The position numbers and the translations under genes were made by a program. The notes below the pieces were generated by a model. That model was given only the letters and a program-made list of their open reading frames with translations, was not told the origin of the DNA and searched no databases. Positions 1 to 12,370 of a stretch of 64,000 nt of DNA are shown piece by piece; position 1 is the stretch's first letter; each line of letters opens with the position of its first letter. The stretch is from Mobula hypostoma (taxonomy: Eukaryota), in NCBI RefSeq assembly GCF_963921235.1, contig NC_086109.1, positions 28,460,001 through 28,524,000 on the forward strand, given 5' to 3'.

Positions 1-1376
1 TGCATCACTCTGCTGGCTTTGAGCTACCATGCCAAGAATAAGCGCTGTTGAGCAAATCCAAACAGACTGAGATTATGTGCAGCTAGCAATCACTGTTTTG
101 GCCTCCGTATGAATCATTCTCGAGGCTGTGAAAAGATACTATACAGCTTTTGTTGCACATTGTTCAGGATTATCCTGTTGTCAAACTTGAGGTTATCTGA
201 CAACACTGAACACAGCAAATGTGAAGGTTGTTGTTTGATTCCAGGTAAATGCCTTCACAAAATATACTATGCTATTTTCTACCACTTGAGATGAAAATTA
301 CCACGCCTCTGACACAAACATATTCCCTCTTTGTACCTGTGGCAGAGGCAAAAACGTCTTTGTGAGGCAAAATCGTCTTTGTAAGACAGTCACAATACAG
401 GTGGAACAAAATCACACCAGGCACATTCAGCAGGAAATATCTGCATGAGGTCTTGTCATAGTGAATCTGATTTCATGCCAGAAATTTTTTCCAGGTCTGT
501 ACAAAGAGTACTGATTATGAGACACCACTGACTGAAGGTGTGTGCACCTGGCCTTTTTTTTCCCCATTATGCACTCAGGCAAGATGAAAAGTGGCACTGA
601 GGTACATCTGCTCTTCTCAAAAGATCCATTGAAGTACTGTAAAACAAATATCTTTCATTGCAAAGGACATATTTTCCATTGTACATTTATAAGACAAAAT
701 TCATAGCTCAAGATTGATTTTATTTATGTAAAATGGTATCTTTCACGGACTACATTACCAAAACAATCTCAACACAAAAATCTTCAAATAGACTGTTGCT
801 TCTTAATTTGAGTGACCTAAAAGACAGTTGTTTTTGTTGATCCTTTAACTTGTATATCTTTGTACAAGTTTCCTGAATTCAGTTTGATCTCTGAAGACTC
901 CTTTGTGCTTCTAAATATCATACATACAAAGAAAAAATGTTTGAACACCGGAAGGAAGTTTCTGACTCCAGTTCTCGATTCATGTTTTGGTACACTGACT
1001 TTTCAAACAACAAAATCCAAACAGATGTAATGGACAGTCACGTAGTTCAGATCAAAGTAACAAAACTCTTTATGGATCAATGGGGAACAATCTGATAAAT
1101 TGCAGCAAATTTATTTGCATAGTTAGTTTGTTGTCCTTGAGGAATGTTAGTGATACTGGGTGGGTACCCATTACAACTAAAGCTATTTTTGTTAATATTA
1201 TGGAATCCATGCAAAATGCAAGAACATTTTCGAAGCTCATCTGCAGGTGAGATCATTAAAATTTGCTCTCAACATACGTAATTACTGCTTAATTTAATCC
1301 CACCTACATCAGCAACTGTAGAAAAGTACATTCACAGTTCAGAAACAAATAATGCTCTAAAATACTTTCACATTCA

Positions 1377-1722
1377 AGGTTAAACGTTAAAGGTTTTTTT
1401 ATTATTCTGCAGTACGAGTGTAACGGAGAGCAATATGATTGCTACTCCCAATCCAACACAATAAACATAAAGAACCCAATTAAAAAGCATAATAAATATA
1501 AATATAAAAGCAATTCTATAAAACACGATGTACTGTATACGCAGACTGATTGTACACTAAGTGACGGTAGATGATGTATTGGTGGTGAGTGGGTTAATGG
1601 TTGGAGGTGTTGATCAGCTTGATGGCTTGGGTGAAGTAACTGTTTTAGAATCTAGTGGCTCTGGTGTGGATGTTGCATAGCCTCTTCCCTGATGGGAGTG
1701 AGCCAAACAGTCCATAAGCAGA
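1377..1722 (-). mobile_element. Rex1/Babar-type LINE, 3' fragment
   Basis: Minus strand reads approx. HGLFGSLPSGKRLCNIHTRATRF*NSYFTQAIKLIN, the LPSG(K/R)R..R.RT.R..NS(F/Y)FP.A C-terminal motif, followed by a short-repeat tail. Confidence 0.65.
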
Positions 1723-2944
1723 AATATTCTGCTCATTGGGGTATGAAGCACACTCTGGAAATAGATGCAATTATAACGCCTTTTGAGAGTAAATGTTAGA
1801 TGATCTGAGTGAACAGCTGGCGCTTATTTCTTTAGTTAGAAGCTACTCTGGAACTTCAGTGCGCACACTGTTTGATGCGAAATCACAAACTTACTGATCA
1901 ATGTGGATTACCGAATCTGTCAACTTGTACTGAAAGCAGGATTCCATGCTGATACTTCCCTGCAGTTACGCTGGGAAAATCCACTCCTGGATCCTGTTCC
2001 TAGCCTAACCTAACGGACTGCAGGCTTTGTAACCCTATGAGAATTCTAGGGAATGTTTAAGGAAGAAAAGCAGAAAATAAGTTTTTTAAAATGTTTTAAT
2101 ACTTTTAATTATTCATCAGTTATAGAAAGAATAACTCATAAACATTTTTAAACAACAAATTCTTTTTAATAGTTTTTAAGTGACTCTTTCAGGGAGAATT
2201 GCAAACATTCCTGGTTTTGTCAGTCAGCAAAGCTAGCAACACAGCTTTGCCCCCCACCCCCAGAGACTTCCAGGCAAATTTGAAGAGCTGAGCATCAGTG
2301 TGTCATGTCTTGCTGCCACCCCCAGGCTGTGTTGCTGGAGTCCAGCAAGATGAGCAAACCTGGAGAGTATTATGAATTGATCGCAGATGGCAACTATTAT
2401 TCCCTCTTTACTACTCTCTTCTTTCACACGCATATTAAGTGAAAATAAGTGCTCCAAAGAAAGTGACTACTTTTCTTATTCTCTCTTTTTAAAGAGTAGA
2501 CATTTGTGCAAAAATATTGATCTGAATTTGAGCTACTGTTGGGCTTCCCCAGCTGGTGTTTTAATTTATAATCCTCTCACTGTAGAATGGAACCTGCTGT
2601 CCTTTGATGGCTAGGCTTCATTTGCACTTGCTGGTAAATTCCATCTGATCCATTTGGAATGTTAATTGGACGGGGGAGGAAAATCATACAGTCGAGGGGA
2701 TGAGATATAATTTGTTATTAGACTGGTGCCGGTAGTTATGGCTGATCAAGGAATGCAAGTCCATAAAAGAAGAGACCAAAGCTTTCTCGATCCTCTGAAC
2801 AACATGAGGAGTATTTTTAAGAAGTGTAATAAAAGGCAATCTTTTGATTCTAGTCATACCCATTGACAGATTCATCTGATATGATGTAGACAATTCAAAA
2901 ACAGGCCAGTTTAAAAGCCGTTAAGACTCTACAATATTAGTTTT

Positions 2945-3410
2945 TCAGGGGAGAGATGGGACAGGAGCAGATAGATGACTGGTGGAACCAGACAGGGGAT
3001 TAATGACAATGGGACAGGCATGGAAAAGGTGAACAAAGGAAGAGAAAACTTGGAAGGAACGTTGGGAGTGGGAAAGGGACACAGGGGGTAACTAGAAAGA
3101 TTCATGTTCACAACATTATGTTATTAATAACTAGGCCACTCAGGTGGAATGTGGGTGTGTTCTTCTGGCTTGTGTTTGGCCTTACGGAGGCAATGGGGAC
3201 AGACATGTTGGTGTAGAAATGGGAAAGGGAATTGTGATGACATGCAGCTCCAGATGACCATCAAATAATGGGCTCAGGAAGTCCACGAAGTGTCACCTTG
3301 TTAACGCCTGGTATCACCACTATTAAGGAAGTATCAAGTATAACAGACAAGGTAAGGGGAGATGCTCATGAATCCCTGCTTCATTTTGAAGGGTTGCGTG
3401 GGTCCCTGGA
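2945..3410 (-). mobile_element. Degenerate Penelope-like element fragment (GIY-YIG region and purine-rich 3' UTR)
   Basis: Minus strand QGPTQPFKMKQGF.. resembles the region preceding the GIY-YIG end. Same layout as the younger copies at 8827-9404 and 44357-44946. Confidence 0.5.
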
Positions 3411-4873
3411 GTCCCTAGACTTATAAGAAAATAGAACTAATATAAAGCTGACTTTGTCCAATTCTCATTGACCATCTTCAGGAAAAAAATCTTTGAGAAT
3501 GAATGGAAGGCACCAAAAGACAATCTTCATTAGAAGCAGGGCACAAAACTCTGATCCTCACCTGGGCTACTCAACTGTGAGTTGTTGCACCAACATACAC
3601 TGCTCGACAATATAACAAAATAATCAGCATTCTGAGAAAAAGAATCAGCTGAAAAGTTTCGAAAATGAAACTGGGGATATGGTGATTGATCAAGCATCCA
3701 TCATAAATATGATGTTCCATGACATTAGGGTATCAAAAGCTGCATACCAATTCAGCACCAGCACACACAGGGTGAAAATTCTAGTCAATGGACAAGGAGT
3801 TGGCTTCTGTATTTGCCATGTCAGTTACTCACCCCTGCCTAATTTTTAATCATTGATTTTTCCGTAATAGAGACTGCCCTGATCTGCTGACTTGGTGTCT
3901 CCCGCTGCAGTTGTCTATAAGTGACTGGAATACAGATGATGAGGGAATTGTGCACAGACTAAAAATCTGCAAGGTCTGCTTGGAGGACTGCAATAGTGAT
4001 AATCTGGTAATATTTATATAATGTGGAATATTCCTTTACAGTACAATATTAGCCTGTCACTGCTCTCTCGGCTTGTGTTGCTGTAGTCTAGGTATTGTAT
4101 TGTTCATTAATATGCCCCAATAATAAATAAATTAAAATGTTAAATGTATTTACTCAAATGATTACATTTATAGTAGGGTTAGTTTTTATGCTTTACTATA
4201 AAATTATACAGTAGGTTTTGAACCAGGTACCATTTTCAACATGATTTCCAATGGTTTGCTTTCTGTACATCTTGTAAAAGACTTTACTAAACCCACTTTT
4301 AAAATACAATAATTTTAGTTGAGAATTTATTGCAGAATATTAATTTCAGTTTTATAACGAGCAAAACCTTTGTGTGTGACACAAAAATCTGTTCTAGTAA
4401 TGATTGAAGATGTTTTACATAACTTTATTTACTTAGACACTCGTGAGACATTGTCACTAGCAACATTGGGATTTATTGTCCACCTCCTTTTGGTCCTGGA
4501 CTTGGAGAGGTGGTTAACTGTCAAATACATTGGTGGGATGGGAGTCACCTATAGCTCAGATCAGGTATGGAGAGCAGACTGTTTTCTCGGAATCCTCTTT
4601 TTTTAACAACAAGTTATCAGTGTTAGCTTATAAGCTTTATCAGATTCCAAATTAATTTAATGAATTTAATTTAATTTTCCTAGCTGCTTTATTGGGATTC
4701 TTGCACCTCTGGACTAATCTGGCTACTAAAATCACAATATTTCCAGACTTCAAAACTCACTTTGGTTGGACTATTAGTAACACAATAACCTGCTCAAGGT
4801 TCTTGCAGCATCAATTCACAAGTTATGATTTTTGCCCACTGTAACGTCTCTTATCCCTTCTGCTTACACACTT

Positions 4874-5644
4874 TTCAAAGGTTTCAAAGGTAGATTTAAT
4901 GTCAGAGTAATGAATACAATATACATTCTGAAACTGAAATGCTTTTTCTTTGCAACCATCCACGAAAACAGAGGAGTGCCCCAAAAAATGAACGACAGTC
5001 AAATGTTAGAACCCCAAAGTCTCCCCATCCTGTGCATAAGCAGCAACAAGCAACAATCCCCCTTCTCCCCACCAACAAAAAAAAAAGCATCGGCACTTAC
5101 CACTGAGCACTCAGGCATGAGAAAAGCAACAACAAAGACATGGACTTACAGTTACCCCAACGATTTTGTATTTCATCCGATATTCGACACACCACAGACT
5201 CTCTCTCTCCGTAATAAGGGAGAAAGAGGTGTCTCCGCTTTCACAGTGTGCAGGAAGACATAACCAACAACTCTCTGGCTTACAGAGATCAGGAGTCTTC
5301 GGGCTCACAGCCGCAGATTTTCTGACTCCCCTTACAATACATGGGTCTCCTGTTGTGTCACAACCCTCAATCTGCACATCTCCGGAGCCCTGAGATCCTA
5401 GGCTTCCAAAGCTGAGCCGAATACTTAGGCCGAGCCCTTGGCATGCCGAGCAACAGCCAGTCATGAAACCCCGAGAGCGGGTCCCATTCCTGCAAAGAAC
5501 CATAGTCAGCGTGTAACTCCAGGTCTTTAAAAGAACCCTGAAAGGGAAAAATAAACATAGTAAAGATGGAAATAGGGCTGTTTCCGAAGATGCAAGTAAA
5601 GGAGTCGCTGTTTAGCACCATCATCACTCCGCTCCGCCTTCTTC
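4874..5644 (-). mobile_element. Non-autonomous retroposon with Rex1-like (TTTGAA-type) tail
   Basis: Repeat tail (TTCAAAGG) at 4874-4890, CpG-richer non-coding body, GA-rich 5' end at about 5644. Architecture shared with 31404-32086 and 42110-42836. Confidence 0.5.
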
Positions 5645-6330
5645 CAGGGTGACTTGGGAGAAGCATTGCTAGCAGCCAAGAGTTATTTAATCTTCATTTG
5701 GAAATCCTTCATTAGTGTACAACACAAGCCCAAAATCAGCCAAATTAACCTTTCACTTGTGATTAGCAAAATTATCATGTTTCATTTTCTTTATCTGGTA
5801 TAATTCAAGATCTCTAATTTCTCAGTCTTTGACTTGATATTTCATACTTTTCTTGTGTATAAATCATCCCAAGCACTTCCATTCTTGTCATATTTTTTGT
5901 CTGTTTTATTTCATGGAAGAAATTCCAAGACATCTTCCTGTCTTTTATTATGCATTTTACAATTTACTCATTATTATTTTTTATTACTTAAACTATTTGC
6001 TCTTCCTACAGCTATTTCCGCTATTTAGAAAAAACTTATTTTTTATATCATGAAGTTTTCGTCATAGTTTGACATCTAAACAAGATTTGGATTCTGAACA
6101 TCTGAGGTATAAATAGAAGATGCAGGATGTATTCAGATGAACAGGCAGCATCTGTAGAGAAAGAAGTATCAATGCTTTGGTTCAATTATGTTTCTTAAAT
6201 GTTTTATATCAGAACATCCTTTCCTCCTTTCAAATACTGACTGTCCTGCAGTACGGTTTCAATATTTTCTGCATCTAATTCCAGGTTTTAACCTCTTTGG
6301 CTAATATAGAATCAGATGTCAAATGCTATT

Positions 6331-6797
6331 AGAACATATAAGAACACAGAATATTGCAGCACAGTACTGGCCCTTTGGCCCACGATGGTGTGTCAATTTT
6401 TAACCTACTCTAAGATCAATCTAACCCTTCCCTACTACATAGCTTTCCATTTTTCTATCATCCATGTGCTTATCTAAGGGTTTCTTAATTGCCCCTAATG
6501 TATCTGCCTCTACCACAGCCCAGCAGAGCATTTTACACACCCATGATTCTCTGTGTAAGAACTTACCACTGACACCCCTCCTATACTTTCTTCCAATCAT
6601 CTTAAAATTATGCCCCTTTGTAGTAGCCATTTCCGTCATGGGAAAATGTCTTCTGCTATCCACTCGAGCTAAGCCTTTTATTATCTTGTATACCTCTATC
6701 ACTCACCACGCATGCTCCTTTGCTCCAAAGAGAAAAGTCCGAGCTTGCTCAGCCTGTCTTTATAAGACATGTTTTCCAGTCCAGGCAGCATCCTGGT
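6331..6797 (-). mobile_element. CR1 LINE 3' fragment
   Basis: ORF 6421-6702 (IEVYKIIKG..RVD..FP..TKGH.FK..) is the CR1 ORF2 C-terminus, followed by 3' UTR and tail. Confidence 0.85.
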
Positions 6798-7100
6798 AAG
6801 TACATTATTTACTGTGTTTTACAGTACATCTATAGACATTTCATTTTATTAGCTGCCGATCCATTATCTTTTGAGGAGTAGTTATCATTATGATGTGTGC
6901 ATAACTCTGCACATATATTTATTTAATAAATGGCTAGACAATCTATTTTTAGTGAGTTGGTTTATGGAAGAATGCTTGCCAAGAGCACACCTTCTGACAG
7001 CAGGCAGACTGGCTAATATACCTTCTGATGTCATCCTAGGGTTTGTGTTTGTACTTGAATGCACGAGCTTTAGTCTTGGAAGCAATTAAACCAAAGTGAC

Positions 7101-7299
7101 ATACATCAAAGTTGCTGGTGAACGCAGCAGGCCAAGCAGCATCTATAGGAAGAGGCGCAGTCGACGTTTCAGGCCGAGACCCTTCGTCAGGACCAGTCCT
7201 ATAGATCCTATAGATGCTGCTTGGCCTGCTGCGTTCACCAGCAACTTTGATGTATGTTGCTTGAATTTCCAGCATCTGCAGAATTCCTGTTGTTTGCGT
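7101..7299. mobile_element. Short inverted-repeat Penelope-derived insertion
   Basis: Minus arm about 7098-7195 and plus arm about 7206-7299. Flanked by exact 15-bp direct repeat TTAAACCAAAGTGAC (7086-7100 / 7300-7314). Confidence 0.85.
7158..7195 (-). ncRNA. Minimal type-I hammerhead ribozyme motif (intact core)
   Basis: Minus strand: GGTC CTGACGA AGGGTCTCGGCCT GAAA C GTC^GACT. Confidence 0.75.
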
Positions 7300-7509
7300 T
7301 TAAACCAAAGTGACCTTATTTATGTTATACAATTTGGAATGAATCAACGTCCTGAACTGAAGCCATTTGGATTCATTAGGATATTGTTGAATCATATTTA
7401 ATTGGATTATTATGTTTTGATTATACATTTGGCAGTTGATATAAATGTAGCTCAATATCCAACTCTCCACCAATAACGTTCGGTAGTTTCATACACTCTC
7501 TCCAACAAT

Positions 7510-8368
7510 ACTGAAGCAACATACACTAAATATTGGAGGGACCCAGTAGATTAGGCAGCATTGATGGAGGGGAATAAACAGTTGATATTTTGGGCAGAGA
7601 CCATTAATTAGAACTGGAAAGGGAGGGGGCCGAAGCCAGAATAAACATATGGTGGGGGGGGGGGAGTGCAAGCAGGCAGGTGATATGTCAGACCAGCTGA
7701 AGGGAAAGTGGGTGTGTGGAAGACGAGATATGGTGTCCTGACGAAGGGTCTCGGCCTGGAACGTCGACTGCACCTCTTCCTAGAGATGCTGCCTGGCCCG
7801 CTGCGTTCACCAGCAACTTTTATGTATGTTGCTTGAATTTCCAGCATCTGCAGAATTCCTGTTGTTTATGGTGTCAGAAGCTGGGTGGTGATAGGTGAAG
7901 GAGGTAAAGGGCTGAAGAAGAAACCTAACAAGAGAGGACAGTGGACCATGGAGTAAATGGAAGGAAGTAGGGAACCTTAGGGAAGTGATGGGAAGGAGGA
8001 GAAGAGAAGGGGTGAGAGGGGAACCAGAATGGGGAATAACAACAGAGATGAAGGGGAGGGCAGAGAAATTACCTGAAGTTAGAGAAATTGATGTTCATAC
8101 CATCAGGTAGGACGCTACCCAGACAGAATATGTAATAACACACACAAAATGCCGGAGAAATCGACAGGTCAAGGTGTACCTGTGGAACAGAATATAAAGT
8201 GTTCTTTCTCCAACCTGATTTTGGTTCATTCTGGCAGTAGAGGAGACCATGGACAGACATGTCGATGTTGGAATGGGAAGTCTGATTGAAATGGATGGCC
8301 ACTGGGAGATCCAACCGTTGCTGGTGGACAGAGTGAAGGTACTTATTGAAATGGTGCTTCAATCTCTA
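7510..8368 (-). mobile_element. Older Penelope-like element (GIY-YIG C-terminus and 3' repeat); resumes at about 9409-9448
   Basis: ORF 8069-8362: HFNKYLHSV..DLPVAIHFNQTSHSNIDMSVHGLLYCQ..LGSVLPDGMNINFSNFR. Degenerate hammerhead-type tail at about 7575-7620. Confidence 0.75.
7738..7866 (+). mobile_element. About 130-bp Penelope tail insertion beginning at the hammerhead core
   Basis: TSD TATGGTGTC (7729-7737 / 7867-7875). Core has GGAAC instead of GAAAC, so probably inactive. Confidence 0.8.
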
Positions 8369-8830
8369 CTCTTCTTTTCCGTCTTGTTTTATGGCAGTTG
8401 GCACCCAGCTTAATGGTGAATTACTGCCACCTCCTGCTCCGGAGTGTGCAATAGACTTACAATCGAAATCCCTTCACCCAATCTCACACACACGCACACC
8501 CTAACCTACACTTTATCCTCCCATCTTTGGCCATCCCAGTACCCTATTCCTGCTTATCCATCACATCCTTTAAAAAAAACCCTGTACCCTTAAGAAAGCT
8601 AAAAATACCCTGACATGTGCTCTCTCACCCACGCCCAGCAACTCTTTTAATGTGAATTCCTGCACCCCCAATTCCCTTAGATTAATTTTCATCATCTCTC
8701 TCTGTATCCCATACTTCCTGCAACTCAGAACTACATGTTCTACTGACTCCTCTTCCTGACATCCCTCACACAATCCTGTCTGGTGTTTCCCTATCATTTT
8801 CAATGTTTTGTTTAATGCACAGTGCCCCAG
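8369..8830 (-). mobile_element. Nimb/I-group non-LTR retrotransposon 3' end
   Basis: RLGHCALNKTL..IGKHQTGLCEGCQEEESVEHVVLSC (C-terminal CCHC knuckle of I-group ORF2). 3' UTR ends in GGTGGCAGTAATTCACC...TGCCAACTGCCATAAAACAAGA.. and an AAG-rich tail. Confidence 0.7.
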
Positions 8831-9404
8831 TCTCTCAGTGGCCACACATTTTAATTCCACATCCCATTCCCATTCTGATATGTCTATCCACGGCCTCCTC
8901 TACTGTAAAGGTGAAGCCACACTCAGGTTGGAGGAACAACACCTTATATTCCGTCTGGGTAGCCTCCAACCTGATTACATGAACATTGACTTCTCAAACT
9001 TCCACTAATGCTCCACCTCCCCCTCGTACCCCATCCATTATTTATTTATATACACACATTCTTTCTCTCTCTCTCCTTTTTCTCCCTCAGTCCCTCTGAC
9101 TATACCCCTTGCCCATCCTCTGGGTTTTCCCCCCCTCCCTGTTTTCCTTCTCCCTGGGCCTCCTGTCCCATGTTCCTCTCATATCCCTTTTGCCAATCGC
9201 CTGTCCAGCTCTTTGCTCCATCCCTCCCCCTCCCGTCTTCTCCTATCATTTTGGATCTCCACCTCCCCCTCCCACTTTCAAATCTCTCACTAACTCTTCC
9301 TTCAGTTAGTCCTGACGAAGGGTCTCGGCCTGAAACGTCGACTGTACCTCTTCCTAGAGATGCTGCCTGGCCTGCTGCGTTCACCAGCAACTTTGATGTG
9401 TGTT
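8827..9404 (+). mobile_element. Young Penelope-like element 3' part (GIY-YIG end, pyrimidine-rich UTR, hammerhead)
   Basis: ORF 8808-9008: VATHFNSTSHSHSDMSIHGLLYC..ATLRLEEQHLIFRLGSLQPDYMNIDFSNF. CpGs retained. Confidence 0.85.
9308..9343 (+). ncRNA. Minimal type-I hammerhead ribozyme motif (intact)
   Basis: Stem I AGTC(9308-11)/GACT(9340-43); core CTGACGA 9312-18; stem II AGG..CCT; GAAA 9332-35; palindromic ACGT stem III; predicted cleavage after GTC at 9339. Confidence 0.8.
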
Positions 9405-10957
9405 TCCCCAATCTCTATCAGGTCTCACCAATGTAGAAGAGGCTGCAAAGTACTAAGTTTATTTGATAGCATTTCCCAGCTCCAGTATTAAGTCCGAAAA
9501 CACGAAGGACAGCAATGTCATGGAAATACCATCAACTTCGAGTTGCTTTCTAATTCAGGCACCATTTTGATCAGATATTTCCTGTTTTTCAACCATCATT
9601 ACTGGAACAAAATCCTGAAACTTCCTATCTAACATGACCTTAGTTGCACCGTGTCTGTGACAGTTCGACAAGGCACATCAGACTTTCCCAGGGTAACTCG
9701 GGATTGTTTTCAAAATCATTATCCATATCCCAAGAATAAATATTTTTTAAAAGCTTCAGAATCTTTGCTATTGGTGTAACATGTTCTGAAAATATTCTGT
9801 AAAATGCAAGGCACACTGAACTTTAAGAAAAGTACATGACATCCTTTCACTAATCACCAATAGCAACCGTGGGAAAAAATATCAGTGGAAGAAACTGCTG
9901 TGGTTTTAGCAATTGTAGCAACACAGCTGTTAACAAAAATGGGAATTTGGGGATATTAGCCAAACAACCAATCACATTCAAAAGGGTGATAGTATCATTG
10001 TGGCGTAGTAGCCTAATCTTATTCTCGTCTATCTCTAAATTGGGCAAGATGTACAATGGTAATTAGAGGTCTATCCACCCAGCAACTGTTGTTCCATTAA
10101 GTAATCTATTAAATATACTTGTGATGAGGACCAGAATTCCTCTGTTTTACTGGCAATGTGCAACAATAGAAGGAGGACATGATACTGAATACTTAGGTTC
10201 AAAAATTTGCCCGGAGCTTTACTAACTCGTTCCCATGAATCTGTGATTGAAGAGCAATTGCTTTGTGTTTCTGTCAACATAATCCTTTAATTCTTGGGGC
10301 TCTGTCTCAATGACATGTTTCCTTCACTCGACGATTAGATATGCTTTCTTTCCTTTCTGGAATTCATCATTGTGAACAATACCCTGGTAAGACATCACGT
10401 AGATCACATGATCTGCACTTCACTTTCTGATAAAAGGAGAAAGTAAAACAGCAGACTTACTGCCTGGATACCAACTCCATGATTTTTTGTTCTGTGTTTA
10501 TCTGTATTGTTGTGGAGGATCTTGGAAATGGGTATTGGCATCTCATGATATGTACTGGATTAGATTTGTTGCGGCCTCTGCCACAGACTGGTCATTTCTG
10601 CAGAAACAAGCTTCCAGTATGTCTAGTAAGCTTACATTGATGTAATGCAGAGGGGATCTCTCTGTGCAGGTTCCAGCTTAACAAGGCCAAGTCCTCTCCG
10701 GCTGGCTCTATTTAAGCTGTGTGCATTTCCTCAGACTCTCCCCACCACTTCACACAACTCCTGCACAATCAACTCTCTGCTCTAGTCTCCACCAATCACC
10801 TGATACAACAATCAATTCCATAATATTTCCCCGCTTTCCTAAGCAGTGATATCAACTCTCTGACTTACTGACACCTATTCACAGAAAGGCAATCGCAGGT
10901 TTCACCACCAATGATCATGGACAGCCCTGCCCTGGATATTCTTTGGAGCGTTGAAGG

Positions 10958-11350
10958 TTGAGGGGGGACTTGATAGAGGTGTTTAAAATTATGAGGGGGA
11001 TTGATAGAGTTGACGTGTTTAGACTTTTTCCATTGAGAGTGGGGAAGATTCAAACCAGAGGACATGAGTTGAGAATTAGAGGACAAAAGTTTAGGGGTAA
11101 CATGAGGGGGAACTTCTTTACTCAGAGAGTGGTAATTGTGTGGAATGAGCTTCCAGCAGAAGTGGTTAAGGCAGGTTCGATGTTGTCGTTTACGGTTAAA
11201 TTGGATAGATATATGGACAGGAAAGGAATGGAGGGTTATGTGCTGAGTGCAGGTCGGTGGGACTAGGATAGGATAAGAGTTCAGCACGGACTAGAAGGGC
11301 CGAGATGGCCTGTTTCCGTGCTGTAATTGTTATATGGTTATATGGTTATA
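10958..11350 (+). mobile_element. CR1 LINE 3' fragment
   Basis: RGDLIEVFKIMRGIDRVD..TRGHELRI..FFTQRVV..WNELP; (TTATATGG)n tail. Confidence 0.9.
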
Positions 11351-12016
11351 CCTGTCTTAACTTGTGTTGTTCGTACTTCAACAGAACTCAAAGGAAAATC
11401 CTTGAATGTGAAAGGCTGAAGAGGGCTTGTCATTGAACTCCCACATAATGAACCTACAATCATTAAACAAACCTTTATCGGAAACACGACTGTTTGATTT
11501 CCTAATCTGTCAAGGAGTTTCAGATAGAAAGAAGTTATAACAATTGAGCATGTAGCAACTAGAAAGCCAAAAAAAACAAGCAAGAGCTTTTAAATATATC
11601 CAGAAGTAATTAAACAGCCTTTAAAATAATTAATTAAATTAATTAAATCAAATGCAAATCGTTAAGCATAATGAAATTTATTTTGTTCCTACCTTTCCTC
11701 GCAATCATCCAATCCATGTATAAATCAGTGGGCTTGCAGACCCCAAAATGGGTCTAACTTAGCACAGGAGATGACAGCAGGTCAGCAGTGTAAATGCTGG
11801 GGGACTTCACCCAAACTCCTGCTCTGTATGCATTTCGGTGGCAAAGCACAGGTGGGAAATCATCAGCAAAGCTCAGCTGCATTTGTGCCAGAGTCTTGCA
11901 ACTTTCCAGCACTTGTGCCGAGAGCAAAATCTGAGCCAATGTGAGATCAACCATGTGAAACTGGATAAACATATGAAAATCAGATCTGTCTTTTTTTTAA
12001 ATACTGCTTAATTGAT

Positions 12017-12370
12017 TTCAAAGTTCAAAGTAAATTTAATATCAAAGGAAATGTATGTCACCCCTGATTCATTTTCTTGCAGGCATTTGCAGTAGAACAA
12101 AGAAATACAATAGAATCCATGAAAATCTACACACAACGACTGACAAATGCCAATGTGCAAAAGATGGCAAACTGTGCAAATACAAATAAAAAAAATGTAT
12201 AAATAAATAATACAAAAAACACGAGTTGTAAAGTCCTTGAAAGTAAGCCTATAGATTATAGAATCAGTACAGAACTGAGTTTGAGTTAAGTTATCAACGC
12301 TGGTTCAGGAGCCTGATGGTTGTGGGGTAATAACTATTCCTGAACCTGGTGGTGTGGGACCTGAGGCTGT
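12017..12370 (-). mobile_element. Rex1/Babar LINE 3' fragment
   Basis: (TTCAAAG)n tail on + strand; minus strand TTRFRNSYYPTTIRLLN. Confidence 0.7.

Noticed and set aside
7036..7898. Recurrent short ORFs (PDEGSRPETST.., MLEIQATYIKVAGER..) as a peptide family
   Set aside because: They are frames across the hammerhead-containing repeat; the similarity reflects repeat copies and RNA structure, not coding.
8570..8860. Fusion ORF across the Penelope/Nimb junction as a new protein
   Set aside because: Only a few antisense Penelope codons precede a truncated LINE C-terminus; no evidence of expression.
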